Program-made: the position numbers and the translations under genes
The notes under the pieces: model-generated
Databases searched by the model: none
What the model saw: only the letters and a program-made list of their open reading frames with translations
What the model was told of the DNA's origin: nothing
Shown here: in pieces, positions 24,606-32,000 of the stretch
Numbering within the stretch: the first letter of the stretch is position 1
How the letters are laid out: every line of letters starts with the position of its first letter
Assembly: GCF_000009965.1 (NCBI RefSeq)
Contig: NC_006624.1
Coordinates: forward strand, 150,001 to 182,000
Reading direction: 5' to 3'
From: Thermococcus kodakarensis KOD1
Lineage (GTDB): Archaea; Methanobacteriota_B; Thermococci; Thermococcales; Thermococcaceae
DNA: 32,000 nucleotides

Positions 24606-25353
24606 ACTCGGGATAAAGCCTCTAGACGAGGCCCTTGGTGGGGTTAAGGAGCACTCATACATACTGCTTCACGAGGAAGACCCTCGCTCCCTCGGCCGTG
24701 AGCTAGTCTTTGAGTTCATGAAGAATAAGCTTGAGAACGATAACCTGGTAGGGTTCTTCAACATCAGCCATGCTCTTCCAATCCTCATTGAGATCATGAA
24801 AAAGAGGGGCATTAATGTTGATGAGTACCTTGATTCGCTCAACCTAGCAATAGTGGATACCTTTGGAAGTCTTTACGGCCCGAGGATAGAGAGGCGCGGT
24901 GTCTGGTACCTTTCAGGTTCCCTCTCCTATGAGCTTCTGTCCAGGAAATACGCTGAGGTCGTCAGGGCACACAAGGAGCTCTGGAAGAAGGAGAACATGT
25001 TTGAGGGCAGGGAGCTATGGGGAGTGGCTATGGACCTTTCGGAGTATTCAAATATTTTCGGGGAAGCCAACGCCCTGAGCTACTTCGAGGTCTCTGCTGA
25101 GATTAGGAGACGCCACAGGGCCTACAGAGAATACCCAACGGGCACTAACATATGGGTCTTTTCTGGAAAGCCCGATCGTGTGTTCTCGTCCCTTTACAGG
25201 AGGGTCGATTACGTTGTGAGAACGAGGAGCGAGCTCACCGAAGAGGGGGTAAAGCGCTATATGTGCATACTCAAGGCCCCGGGGGTGTCTGATGTTATAT
25301 CATTCGAGTACTCATTCACCCGGAATGGCATTGAGATGAAGAGGACTGATTAG
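24598..25353 (+). CDS. RecA/KaiC-like superfamily protein lacking a Walker A P-loop (paralogue 2)
   Basis: 251 aa. The N-terminus GIKPLDEALGGVKEHSYILL mimics the KaiC-like TGIxxLDxxLGGGxxxGxxxLI lead-in. The P-loop position reads HEEDPRSLGREL, and the Walker-B-like strand reads LAIVDTFGS. The C-terminal RYMCILKAPG...FTRNGIEM resembles the KaiC-like tail. The start overlaps the upstream stop (ATGATTAA). Confidence 0.6.
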   Translation: MIKLGIKPLDEALGGVKEHSYILLHEEDPRSLGRELVFEFMKNKLENDNLVGFFNISHALPILIEIMKKRGINVDEYLDSLNLAIVDTFGSLYGPRIERRGVWYLSGSLSYELLSRKYAEVVRAHKELWKKENMFEGRELWGVAMDLSEYSNIFGEANALSYFEVSAEIRRRHRAYREYPTGTNIWVFSGKPDRVFSSLYRRVDYVVRTRSELTEEGVKRYMCILKAPGVSDVISFEYSFTRNGIEMKRTD

Positions 25354-25558
25354 GATTTTGAATTTTTATCTCGAGCCTTTTAATCGGCAAAAACAAAGAA
25401 GAATTAAGAGTGGGGGAGGATCCCCATTCTCAATTTTACCTTCCTCTCCCATTCCACTCTCTTATTCGAACTTGATTCCTGGTTACATCCCCTTTACTTA
25501 ACCCTGCTGATTTTAGTACACCCACGTAACTTACCAGCGTGTAGTGCTATTCTCCGGA

Positions 25559-25575
25559 CTATTTAAATTTTTCGG
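25559..25575 (-). promoter_or_regulatory. orphan BRE/TATA-like element in a long non-coding spacer
   Basis: The minus strand reads CCGAAAAATTTAAATAG (purine-rich BRE plus TTTAAATA). No ORF of 60 aa or more lies downstream. Two perfect palindromes sit just upstream, at 25581-25596 and 25602-25613. Confidence 0.3.
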
Positions 25576-25743
25576 ATATTGTCCAAATCATTGGACTAAT
25601 CAGCATATATGCTCATTTTGTTAATGGCCAGAACCGTATCTAAGGAATGCCCACATCACTTAATTTTTGCCATAGGTGTTCATAACTTTGTAATAACATT
25701 CAACAGTTCGAAGCGGAAGAAAATTGAAGAATCAAAACAGGCG

Positions 25744-27033
25744 TCAGAGTAAGTGCTTTCTCTTCTCGTAGTCCTGGGAGTGCCAGTTAGCTGATCTCGT
25801 CCTCAGCTCTATCGAGTGGGCCACCATTTCGGCCTTCCTCTTTGCCTCTCCCACGTCTTTGTCCCACGCTATTGCAACGCCGAGCCTCCTTCCAGGGTAG
25901 GCCTCGGGCTTGCCGAAGAGCCTCACTGTGGCGTTCGGGACGCTGAGAGCCTTTGCCAGCCCCCTAAAGCGCGGTGAATAACCGGAAACGTTGGCCTTTA
26001 TGACGTGAGTGGCCGCTGGAGTAAGCATAGGGAAGAGCCTGTAACCGTCTACCCACTCGCCTGGAATCGGGAGTCCGAGAACTGCCCTAAGGTGAAGTCC
26101 AAACTCCGAAAATCCAGTGGGGTGAGATGCCAGAGTCACCATGCCGGTGTCGTGGGGCCTCGGGGAGACCTCGTTTGCCCATACCTTATCGCCTTTCACG
26201 AACATCTCGACGCCAAAGATGCCCAGTCCGCCGAGAACGTCCGTTATGCGCTTCGCTATCCTGTAAACTTCCCTCTCGGCCCTTTCGCTTATCTCGGCTG
26301 GCTGCCAGCTCGAGTGGTAGTCGCCGTCAATCTGATAGTGGCCAACGGGCTTGGGGAAAGTAGTTACTACCTCACCGTTTTCGTCGTAGTGCCTCACAGC
26401 TAACTCCGTAATCTCCACATCGAAGTCTATGTGCTCCTCCACGATGAGTTTCTCGGCACTTCCCCTGGCTTTCTTCTTGGCCTCCTCCCAGGCTTTCGGG
26501 ACGTCCTCAGGGCCTTTGACGAAGTAGGAGCCCTTCCCCGAGGAGCTCATTATGGCCTTGGTGTGGCAGGGGTAGCCTATCTTTTCACAGGCCTCGTAGA
26601 GCTCGTCGAGAGTTGAGGCATAAGTGTATCTGGAAGTTGGAACCTTCGCTTCCCTTGCCAGGGTCTCCCTCGTCCTCTCGCGGTGCATTGCTATCCACGT
26701 TGCTTTGGCGTTCGGAACTACGAAGTAGCCGTCTTTCTCAAGCTCGAAGAGGGCATCTAGATTTATAGCCTCGATCTCTGGAATTATCGCATCCGGTTTC
26801 TCCCTCTCGACGACTGAAAAGAGAAAGTCTGCTTTCCTCATGTCTCCCACGTAGGAGCGGTGGGCAATCTGCATAGCTGGGGCGTTGGCGTAGCGGTCAA
26901 CGGCGATGACCTCAACTCCCAGCCTTTGGGCCTCGATCGCTATCTCCTTCCCGAGCTCTCCGCTCCCGAGGAGGACTATCTTCTGAGCGGAATCAGTCGT
27001 GGCAGTTCCAAGTTCATCGCGGGGCCTTATCAT
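25744..27033 (-). CDS. purT: formate-dependent phosphoribosylglycinamide formyltransferase (GAR transformylase 2)
   Basis: ATP-grasp enzyme (VLLLGSGELGKE). ATG 27033 follows the GGGGTGGTGCTC SD. Confidence 0.95.
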   Translation of the reverse strand: MIRPRDELGTATTDSAQKIVLLGSGELGKEIAIEAQRLGVEVIAVDRYANAPAMQIAHRSYVGDMRKADFLFSVVEREKPDAIIPEIEAINLDALFELEKDGYFVVPNAKATWIAMHRERTRETLAREAKVPTSRYTYASTLDELYEACEKIGYPCHTKAIMSSSGKGSYFVKGPEDVPKAWEEAKKKARGSAEKLIVEEHIDFDVEITELAVRHYDENGEVVTTFPKPVGHYQIDGDYHSSWQPAEISERAEREVYRIAKRITDVLGGLGIFGVEMFVKGDKVWANEVSPRPHDTGMVTLASHPTGFSEFGLHLRAVLGLPIPGEWVDGYRLFPMLTPAATHVIKANVSGYSPRFRGLAKALSVPNATVRLFGKPEAYPGRRLGVAIAWDKDVGEAKRKAEMVAHSIELRTRSANWHSQDYEKRKHLL

Positions 27034-27052
27034 GAGCACCACCCCTTGTTTT

Positions 27053-27122
27053 AACGTTTAAATGTTAAAAACTTAAGATATTTAAGCCTTTTTAGTCATG
27101 AAAATGGCAAACTTTTTAAGCC
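27053..27122. promoter_or_regulatory. divergent purT / purM promoter region
   Basis: purT orientation: CTTAAATA-tcttaag-TTTTTAACA (plus-strand 27063-27086). purM orientation: GGCAAACTTTTTAAGCC (27106-27122). Confidence 0.4.
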
Positions 27123-27150
27123 GTTTCTCCAACTCTCCCCGGTGGTGCTC

Positions 27151-28155
27151 ATGCTGACCTACGCTCAGGCGGGAGTCGATGATGAAAAGACTTCGAGGGC
27201 CTTGAAAAGCATAATCTCTCTTGCCAAGGGGACTTTCGAGTTCAGAAGGGGTAAGCTCGGAGAGCCGGCCGAAGACCTCGGCCACTACGCGGCCTTAATG
27301 GACTTTGGTGACTTCTATCTTGCCATTACTACGGACGGAGTTGGGACGAAGGTTTTGGTGGCTGAGGCCGTCGGGAAGTTCGACACGATAGGAATAGACA
27401 TGATAGCGATGAACGTAAACGACCTGCTCTGCGTTGGGGCCGAGCCGGTCGCTTTGGTTGACTATCTTGCCGTTAAAGAGCCGGATGAAAGAGTGTTCGA
27501 GGGGATAGCGCAGGGCCTATACGAGGGGGCAAGGCAGGCTGGAATAGCTATCGTCGGAGGCGAGACCGCTGTGATGCCTGATCTAATCAACGGCTTTGAT
27601 CTGGCTGGAACGGCCATCGGAGTCGTTGAGAAGAGGAAGGTGATTACCGGGAAGAAAATCAGGCCGGGGGATGCTGTGATTGGAATAAAGAGCTCGGGAA
27701 TACACTCCAACGGTCTTACTCTTGCTAGAAAGCTCCTCATCCCCAAGTACGGTCTCGACTACGAGTACGAGGGGAAAAAGCTCTGGGAGTGGCTCCTCGA
27801 ACCTACGAGGATTTACGTCAAGGCCGTCCTTGAGCTTATCGAGAACGTTAAGGTGCACGGCTTGGCACACATAACAGGAGGGGGCCTTCTCAACCTCAAG
27901 CGCCTTACTTCCTTCGGCTTCTCCATTGAGATGCCGCCTATTGAGGGAATCTTCAGGCTAATCTATGAGAACGGCGTCCCTCTTGAGGAGATGTTCCGCG
28001 TTTTCAACATGGGCGTCGGGATGGTTGCCGTTGTCCCGCGGGAGGAGAAGGAAGAGGCCCTCCAGCTCCTAAACAGACACTTCGAGAGCTTCGAGCTCGG
28101 AAAGGTTGTGGGAGAGCCTGGAATAAGGGTCGAGAATTATGGGATAAAACTTTAA
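27151..28155 (+). CDS. purM: phosphoribosylformylglycinamidine cyclo-ligase (AIR synthetase)
   Basis: Motifs TTDGVGTKV and [13 protein letters not shown] 27151 follows the GGTGGTGCTC SD. Confidence 0.95.
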   Translation: MLTYAQAGVDDEKTSRALKSIISLAKGTFEFRRGKLGEPAEDLGHYAALMDFGDFYLAITTDGVGTKVLVAEAVGKFDTIGIDMIAMNVNDLLCVGAEPVALVDYLAVKEPDERVFEGIAQGLYEGARQAGIAIVGGETAVMPDLINGFDLAGTAIGVVEKRKVITGKKIRPGDAVIGIKSSGIHSNGLTLARKLLIPKYGLDYEYEGKKLWEWLLEPTRIYVKAVLELIENVKVHGLAHITGGGLLNLKRLTSFGFSIEMPPIEGIFRLIYENGVPLEEMFRVFNMGVGMVAVVPREEKEEALQLLNRHFESFELGKVVGEPGIRVENYGIKL

Positions 28156-28187
28156 CGTCTCATTCCTCTTTTTTCTTCGGTGATATC

Positions 28188-28352
28188 ATGGAGCTGACGG
28201 TTAGGAAGAAGGCATTCCTTGAGGAGCTTCCGGACGTTGTTAAAACGGCCGTTGAGGAGTACGGCACTGCCCTGAAAGGCATAGAAATAAAAGAGGACGA
28301 TAAGGGCTGCTACACCGTCATGATTACCTACGAACGGGAGCTTCGCCTGTGA
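28188..28352 (+). CDS. small hypothetical protein (54 aa), not in the ORF track
   Basis: ATG 28188 follows a GGTGAT SD, 32 nt after the purM stop. My translation is MELTVRKKAFLEELPDVVKTAVEEYGTALKGIEIKEDDKGCYTVMITYERELRL. Codon usage matches the neighbouring genes (AGG, AAG, GAG, G/C-ending codons). It fills an otherwise unexplained gap. Confidence 0.5.
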   Translation: MELTVRKKAFLEELPDVVKTAVEEYGTALKGIEIKEDDKGCYTVMITYERELRL

Positions 28353-29043
28353 TCCTCTCATAGAGCCTCTCGTAGGCGGAGATGAGATCGCCCTTGCCGA
28401 AGCGGAAGACGTCCTTGTCGAGGCTCTCCTTGGTTTCGGCATCCCAGAAGCGGCAGGTGTCGGGGCTTATCTCGTCGCCGAGGACTATTTCGCCCCTCGT
28501 GTTCTTTCCGAACTCCAGCTTGAAGTCAACCAGGATTATCCCCCTCTCCGCGAAGTACTTTCTCAGGACATCGTTCACCTGAAGGGCAATTTTTTCCATC
28601 TCTTTAAGTTCGCTCTCACCCACACCCAGGACTCTGGCGTGGTACTGGTTTATCATGGGGTCCCCAAGGTCATCGTTCTTGTAATAAAACTCTATTATCG
28701 GCTCTGGGAGTTCAGTGCCCTCCTCAAGCGGGAGGCGCTTCTTTAGACTTCCAGCAACGACGTTCCGCACCACAACCTCAAGGGGATACATCTTCAGCCT
28801 CTCGACTATGAGCCTGTTGTCTCCGGCAACCCCAATGAAGTGTGTCTTTATGCCGCTCGCCTCAAGAACCCTGAAAAGATGGGCGCTTATCTGGGCGTTG
28901 AGCCAGCCCTTTCCTCTGAATTGGGCCTTCTTCTCGCCATTAAAAGCGGTCGCATCGTCCTTGAACTCCATAATGACCTTACCGTCATCGAGAGGGATTA
29001 TTTTCTTGGCCTTTCCTTCGTAGACGTCCACGCTAATCACCAT
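28324..29043 (-). CDS. purC: phosphoribosylaminoimidazole-succinocarboxamide (SAICAR) synthase
   Basis: YEGKAKKIIPL..., LEVVVRN and GDEISPDTCRFWD. ATG 29043 lies about 25 nt from the TATA, suggesting a leaderless transcript. Confidence 0.95.
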   Translation of the reverse strand: MVISVDVYEGKAKKIIPLDDGKVIMEFKDDATAFNGEKKAQFRGKGWLNAQISAHLFRVLEASGIKTHFIGVAGDNRLIVERLKMYPLEVVVRNVVAGSLKKRLPLEEGTELPEPIIEFYYKNDDLGDPMINQYHARVLGVGESELKEMEKIALQVNDVLRKYFAERGIILVDFKLEFGKNTRGEIVLGDEISPDTCRFWDAETKESLDKDVFRFGKGDLISAYERLYERITGEAPVRR

Positions 29044-29048
29044 TTTTA

Positions 29049-29101
29049 TGTAAAAACTTTGTTCTTTTTAAGAATTTTTTTGCCATTAGAATGTCAATCA
29101 C
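29049..29101 (-). promoter_or_regulatory. purC promoter with shared pur element
   Basis: The minus strand reads ATTGACATT-N17-CTTAAAAA-gaacaaag-TTTTTACA-taaaa-ATG. Confidence 0.45.
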
Positions 29102-29207
29102 TGGGCAAAGTTTTTAAACTTGAATCTGCAAAAGACTATCGCATGAAACGTTTAAATTAGCATGTTTAAATCAAAAACCCCTTTCAAGAAGGTGCCCGGT
29201 GAGAGCA

Positions 29208-30557
29208 ATGCGCGAAAAGTGCGGGGTCTTTGCAGCACTCTCAGAGAACGCGCCGAAGAAAGCATACTACGCCCTGATAGCCCTCCAGCACCGCGGCCAG
29301 GAGAGCGCCGGAATAAGTGTATGGAAGCACAGGATAAGAACCGTCGCTGGCAGGGGGCTTATCCAGGACGTTTTCAATGGGAAAACCCTCTCATCCCTTC
29401 GCTCCAACCTCGCGATCGGTCACGTCCGCTACTCCACATCCGGCTCTCTCAGCGAGACTCAGCCTCTTGAAACGGAGTGCTGTGGAAAGAGGATAGCAGT
29501 TGCCCACAACGGCACCCTCACGAACTTTCTCCCTCTGAGAAAGAGTTATGAGAATAGGGGGGTTAGGTTTCACCACTCCGTTGATTCTGAACTTCTTGGG
29601 ATTTCGTTTCTCTGGCACCTGAATGAGACCGGCGACGAGTTTGAGGCCATGAGAGAAGTCTTTAACGAGGTTAAGGGCGCTTATTCGGTTGCTCTGCTCT
29701 TCGACGGCAAAATCCTCGTAGCGAGAGATTCCGTAGGGTTCAGGCCCCTGAGCTATGGGATTGGAGACGGCCACTACTTTGCGAGCGAGGATTCGGCTTT
29801 GAGGCTTTTCGTTGACGAGACTGAGGGCGGGGAAATAAGGGACGTTCGGCCGGGTGAGGTCTTTCTACTCTCGGAAGGGAGTGTGGAGAGTAGAGTTCTG
29901 GCGAGGGAGAAGCACCACCACTGCGTCTTCGAGTACATCTACTTCGCCCGGCCAGACAGCACAATAGACGGCGTGAACGTCTATCATGCGAGGGTGAAGA
30001 TGGGAAGGGAACTTGCTAGGGAGAGTCCCGCCGATGCAGATGTTGTGATAGCGGTTCCCGACTCTGGGAGGGCAGCAGCGTTGGGCTTTTCGATGGAAAG
30101 CGGGATACCCTACTCGGAGGGGCTGATAAAGAACCGCTACATCGGGAGGACTTTCATAACCCCCGGCCAGTTCTACAGGGAGCTTAAGGTAAAGCTCAAG
30201 CTCTCGCCCGTGAGGGAGGTCATCAACGGAAAGAGAGTCGTTCTCGTTGATGATTCCATAGTCAGGGGGACGACCATGAGGAGACTAGTCTCCCTTCTGA
30301 GGAAAGCGGGAGCGAAGGAAGTGCACGTGAGAATAGCGTCGCCGCCTATAAGGCACCCCTGCTACATGGGTATAGACATCCCGACGAGGCACGAACTTAT
30401 AGCTGCCTTCGGGAGCGTTGAGAAGGTGAGGGGAGCGATAGGTGCTGACAGCCTGGCATATTTAAGCGTTGAGGGCCTTATCAGGGCTGTTGGCAAGAAA
30501 GACCTATGCCTGGCGTGCCTCACAGGGGAGTACCCTGAGTGGGCCTTCAGGTTTTAA
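29208..30557 (+). CDS. purF: amidophosphoribosyltransferase
   Basis: Short propeptide followed by the Ntn Cys (MREKCGVFA). PRTase motif [14 protein letters not shown]-terminal Cys ligands ([18 protein letters not shown]). ATG 29208 follows GGTGA. Confidence 0.95.
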   Translation: MREKCGVFAALSENAPKKAYYALIALQHRGQESAGISVWKHRIRTVAGRGLIQDVFNGKTLSSLRSNLAIGHVRYSTSGSLSETQPLETECCGKRIAVAHNGTLTNFLPLRKSYENRGVRFHHSVDSELLGISFLWHLNETGDEFEAMREVFNEVKGAYSVALLFDGKILVARDSVGFRPLSYGIGDGHYFASEDSALRLFVDETEGGEIRDVRPGEVFLLSEGSVESRVLAREKHHHCVFEYIYFARPDSTIDGVNVYHARVKMGRELARESPADADVVIAVPDSGRAAALGFSMESGIPYSEGLIKNRYIGRTFITPGQFYRELKVKLKLSPVREVINGKRVVLVDDSIVRGTTMRRLVSLLRKAGAKEVHVRIASPPIRHPCYMGIDIPTRHELIAAFGSVEKVRGAIGADSLAYLSVEGLIRAVGKKDLCLACLTGEYPEWAFRF

Positions 30558-31035
30558 TGAACCGCTTCCTCAAAGCTTCAACAACCTTATCGCTGAAGCG
30601 GACTCCTTTGGTCCTGAGCTCAAGCAACAGGGGTTCGAGGTCTTCTTTTAGGAGGCCCCTTTCTTTGGCGATGAAAAGCAGCGCCAGGGTTCCCGCAACC
30701 TTTATTCCGAGGGACTTCGCTATGATCCTCGGGATCCTCTCATCGAGAACCAGCAAATCCGCGTTCAGCTCCCTGGCGAGCACTATGGCCTCGGCCTCTC
30801 CAATCTCGATCTCCTTCATGAGGATTTCAACGCTCAACCTGTCGTTTACGTCCTGAACCTTTATCCATTCTGCTTCGCTCACTTCCCGGGAGCCAGGACG
30901 GCCTCTGCCCTTCTCTACTACCTCTGCCCATACGGCTCGGGGGATGACAATCTCACCAAACAGCTCTCGTAGAAGTTCCAGTTTTTCAATCTTTGCAAGG
31001 GCTATTAGCGGTCCGGAGTCGGATACAACTATCAT
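30547..31035 (-). CDS. DUF3368 / COG2405 PIN-like nucleic-acid-binding protein (putative toxin)
   Basis: [22 protein letters not shown]...[11 protein letters not shown]...[10 protein letters not shown]. It overlaps the upstream UPF0175 gene by 4 nt. Confidence 0.8.
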   Translation of the reverse strand: MIVVSDSGPLIALAKIEKLELLRELFGEIVIPRAVWAEVVEKGRGRPGSREVSEAEWIKVQDVNDRLSVEILMKEIEIGEAEAIVLARELNADLLVLDERIPRIIAKSLGIKVAGTLALLFIAKERGLLKEDLEPLLLELRTKGVRFSDKVVEALRKRFIKT

Positions 31036-31292
31036 AGTAACCTCTCCAGGGTTTCTATGTCCTCCTGGAGATCTTCCTCAGTGTAGTTCAAAGGAACGCC
31101 CTTGGAGGCCAGAATTTCCATCATCTCTGCTTTGGTGACCCCAGCAATCTCTGCCGCCTTTCCAAGGCTAACTACGCCCTCCCGATAGAGTTCAACGGCG
31201 AGGTATATCCTGACAAGCTTTGGTAGCTGTTTCTCATCGACTCTGAGGATTCGCGAGAGGTCTGAGGGAATGACAACGGTGACTTCTCCCAT
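31032..31292 (-). CDS. UPF0175 (COG2886) family putative antitoxin
   Basis: 86 aa. LAVELYREGVVSLGKAAEIAGVTKAEMMEIL has the helix-turn-helix-like core typical of the family. GGTGGG SD. Confidence 0.8.
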   Translation of the reverse strand: MGEVTVVIPSDLSRILRVDEKQLPKLVRIYLAVELYREGVVSLGKAAEIAGVTKAEMMEILASKGVPLNYTEEDLQEDIETLERLL

Positions 31293-31348
31293 CTTCCCAC
31301 CATATCCAGTTGTTTTTGAGCCCTAAAAATATGTCGGCGACGGGGCGA

Positions 31349-32000
31349 TTAGACTTTCCTAACCCTAGCCGCCGCGAACTTAAATTCTGGCGTTCCGGCC
31401 TTGTTTAGCGCATGGCTCGTCAGCTTGTTGGCCTTGAAGTGGAAGGGGACGGCGATAACTCCTTGGGGCACGTCCCCAATCTCCGCCGTCATTCTGATCT
31501 TCCCGCGCCTCGTCTCCACCTCTACCCAGTCCCCGTTCTGTATCCCGAGTCTCTCAGCATCTTCACGGCTTATCAGTGCTTTTGGCTCGCCCATGAGTCT
31601 GACAAGTGACGGGCTCCTCAGCGTCATCTCCCCGGTGTTGTAGTGACCTATAAGCCTGACCGTCGTGAGGACAAAGGGGTACTTATCGTCTGGGCCCTCC
31701 CAGGGAGGTATCCACTCAACTGCCATGAAGCGGGCTTTTCCATCCGGCGTTGCAAACTCCCAGGTGTGAAGCCTCTTCTTCGGCAGGAAGATTCCGTCCG
31801 AGTTCTTCAGCTCCTCTACGCTCTTCTCCTCAAGCTCCGGGAATAACCTGAAGTACTCGGCGGTTATTTCCTCAACTGAGGTGTAGTTAAAGCCAGGCAG
31901 ACCGAGTGCCTTTCCGAGCATCGTCAGTATCTCCCAGTCGGGCTTTGAGTCGTATGCTGGCTCGCAGACTTTCTCGCTCCATTGAATTCTCCTCTCGCTG
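31349..32000 (-). CDS. molybdopterin oxidoreductase catalytic subunit, formate-dehydrogenase-like; C-terminal part only (5' end beyond the window)
   Basis: The frame stays open upstream of the listed Met to the window edge (...SERRIQWSEKVCEPAYDSKPDWEILTMLGKALG). It has a C-terminal molybdopterin-dinucleotide-binding domain (GDWVEVETRRGKIRMTAEIGDVPQGVIAVPFHF). Confidence 0.8.
   Translation of the reverse strand, partial: SERRIQWSEKVCEPAYDSKPDWEILTMLGKALGLPGFNYTSVEEITAEYFRLFPELEEKSVEELKNSDGIFLPKKRLHTWEFATPDGKARFMAVEWIPPWEGPDDKYPFVLTTVRLIGHYNTGEMTLRSPSLVRLMGEPKALISREDAERLGIQNGDWVEVETRRGKIRMTAEIGDVPQGVIAVPFHFKANKLTSHALNKAGTPEFKFAAARVRKV

Noticed and set aside
25609-25752. 47-codon plus-strand ORF in the A/T-rich spacer running into the purT stop
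   Set aside because: It has no SD, its codon usage is atypical (TTA, ATA, GTA), and it sits in a low-G+C region where random ORFs of this size are expected.
27031-27153. Identical 13-mer GGTGGTGCTCATG at the starts of purT (27031-27043, minus), purM (27141-27153) and guaA-B (11712-11724, minus)
   Set aside because: This is most simply an extended Shine-Dalgarno sequence plus start codon, complementary to the 16S rRNA 3' end. It is not evidence for a separate element.

Overview
Gene-dense archaeal chromosome segment that reads like a Thermococcales (Thermococcus/Pyrococcus-type) genome. This assignment is an inference from GGTG-type Shine-Dalgarno sites, A/T-rich BRE/TATA promoters, oligo-T terminators, frequent 4-8 nt gene overlaps and the protein sequences. 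The left ~9.5 kb holds housekeeping genes: mevalonate-pathway thiolase and HMG-CoA synthase, an AIM24/DUF124 protein, the C/D-box sRNP genes nop5 and fibrillarin, ribose-1,5-bisphosphate isomerase and an aminotransferase. It also holds an amidotransferase homologue whose catalytic Cys and His are both replaced, a radical-SAM protein, OsmC, and a canonical C/D-box sRNA overlapping the osmC stop codon. The remaining ~22 kb is a purine super-cluster: guaB, split GMP synthase, two purP paralogues, purL, purQ, purS, purD, purT, purM, purC and purF, ending in a formate-dehydrogenase-like molybdoenzyme. Accessory or unknown modules interrupt this backbone. They are (i) a PIN/DUF104 toxin-antitoxin pair between the two GMP synthase subunit genes; (ii) a 7TM-DUF835 membrane protein; (iii) a PEP-utilising-type phosphotransferase plus a split MFS transporter separating purQ from purL; (iv) a translationally coupled pair of paralogous RecA/KaiC-like proteins lacking a P-loop, followed by an unusually long A/T-rich non-coding spacer; (v) an unlisted 54-codon ORF after purM; and (vi) a UPF0175/DUF3368 toxin-antitoxin pair. 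My best candidate for an undescribed system is the set of P-loop-less KaiC-like proteins (two cytosolic, possibly the 7TM-DUF835 protein) embedded in the purine regulon, together with a promoter element shared by four pur transcription units (CTTAAAAA-N7/8-TTTTTACA). The function is purely inferred. I found no rRNA, tRNA, CRISPR array, transposase or integrase.
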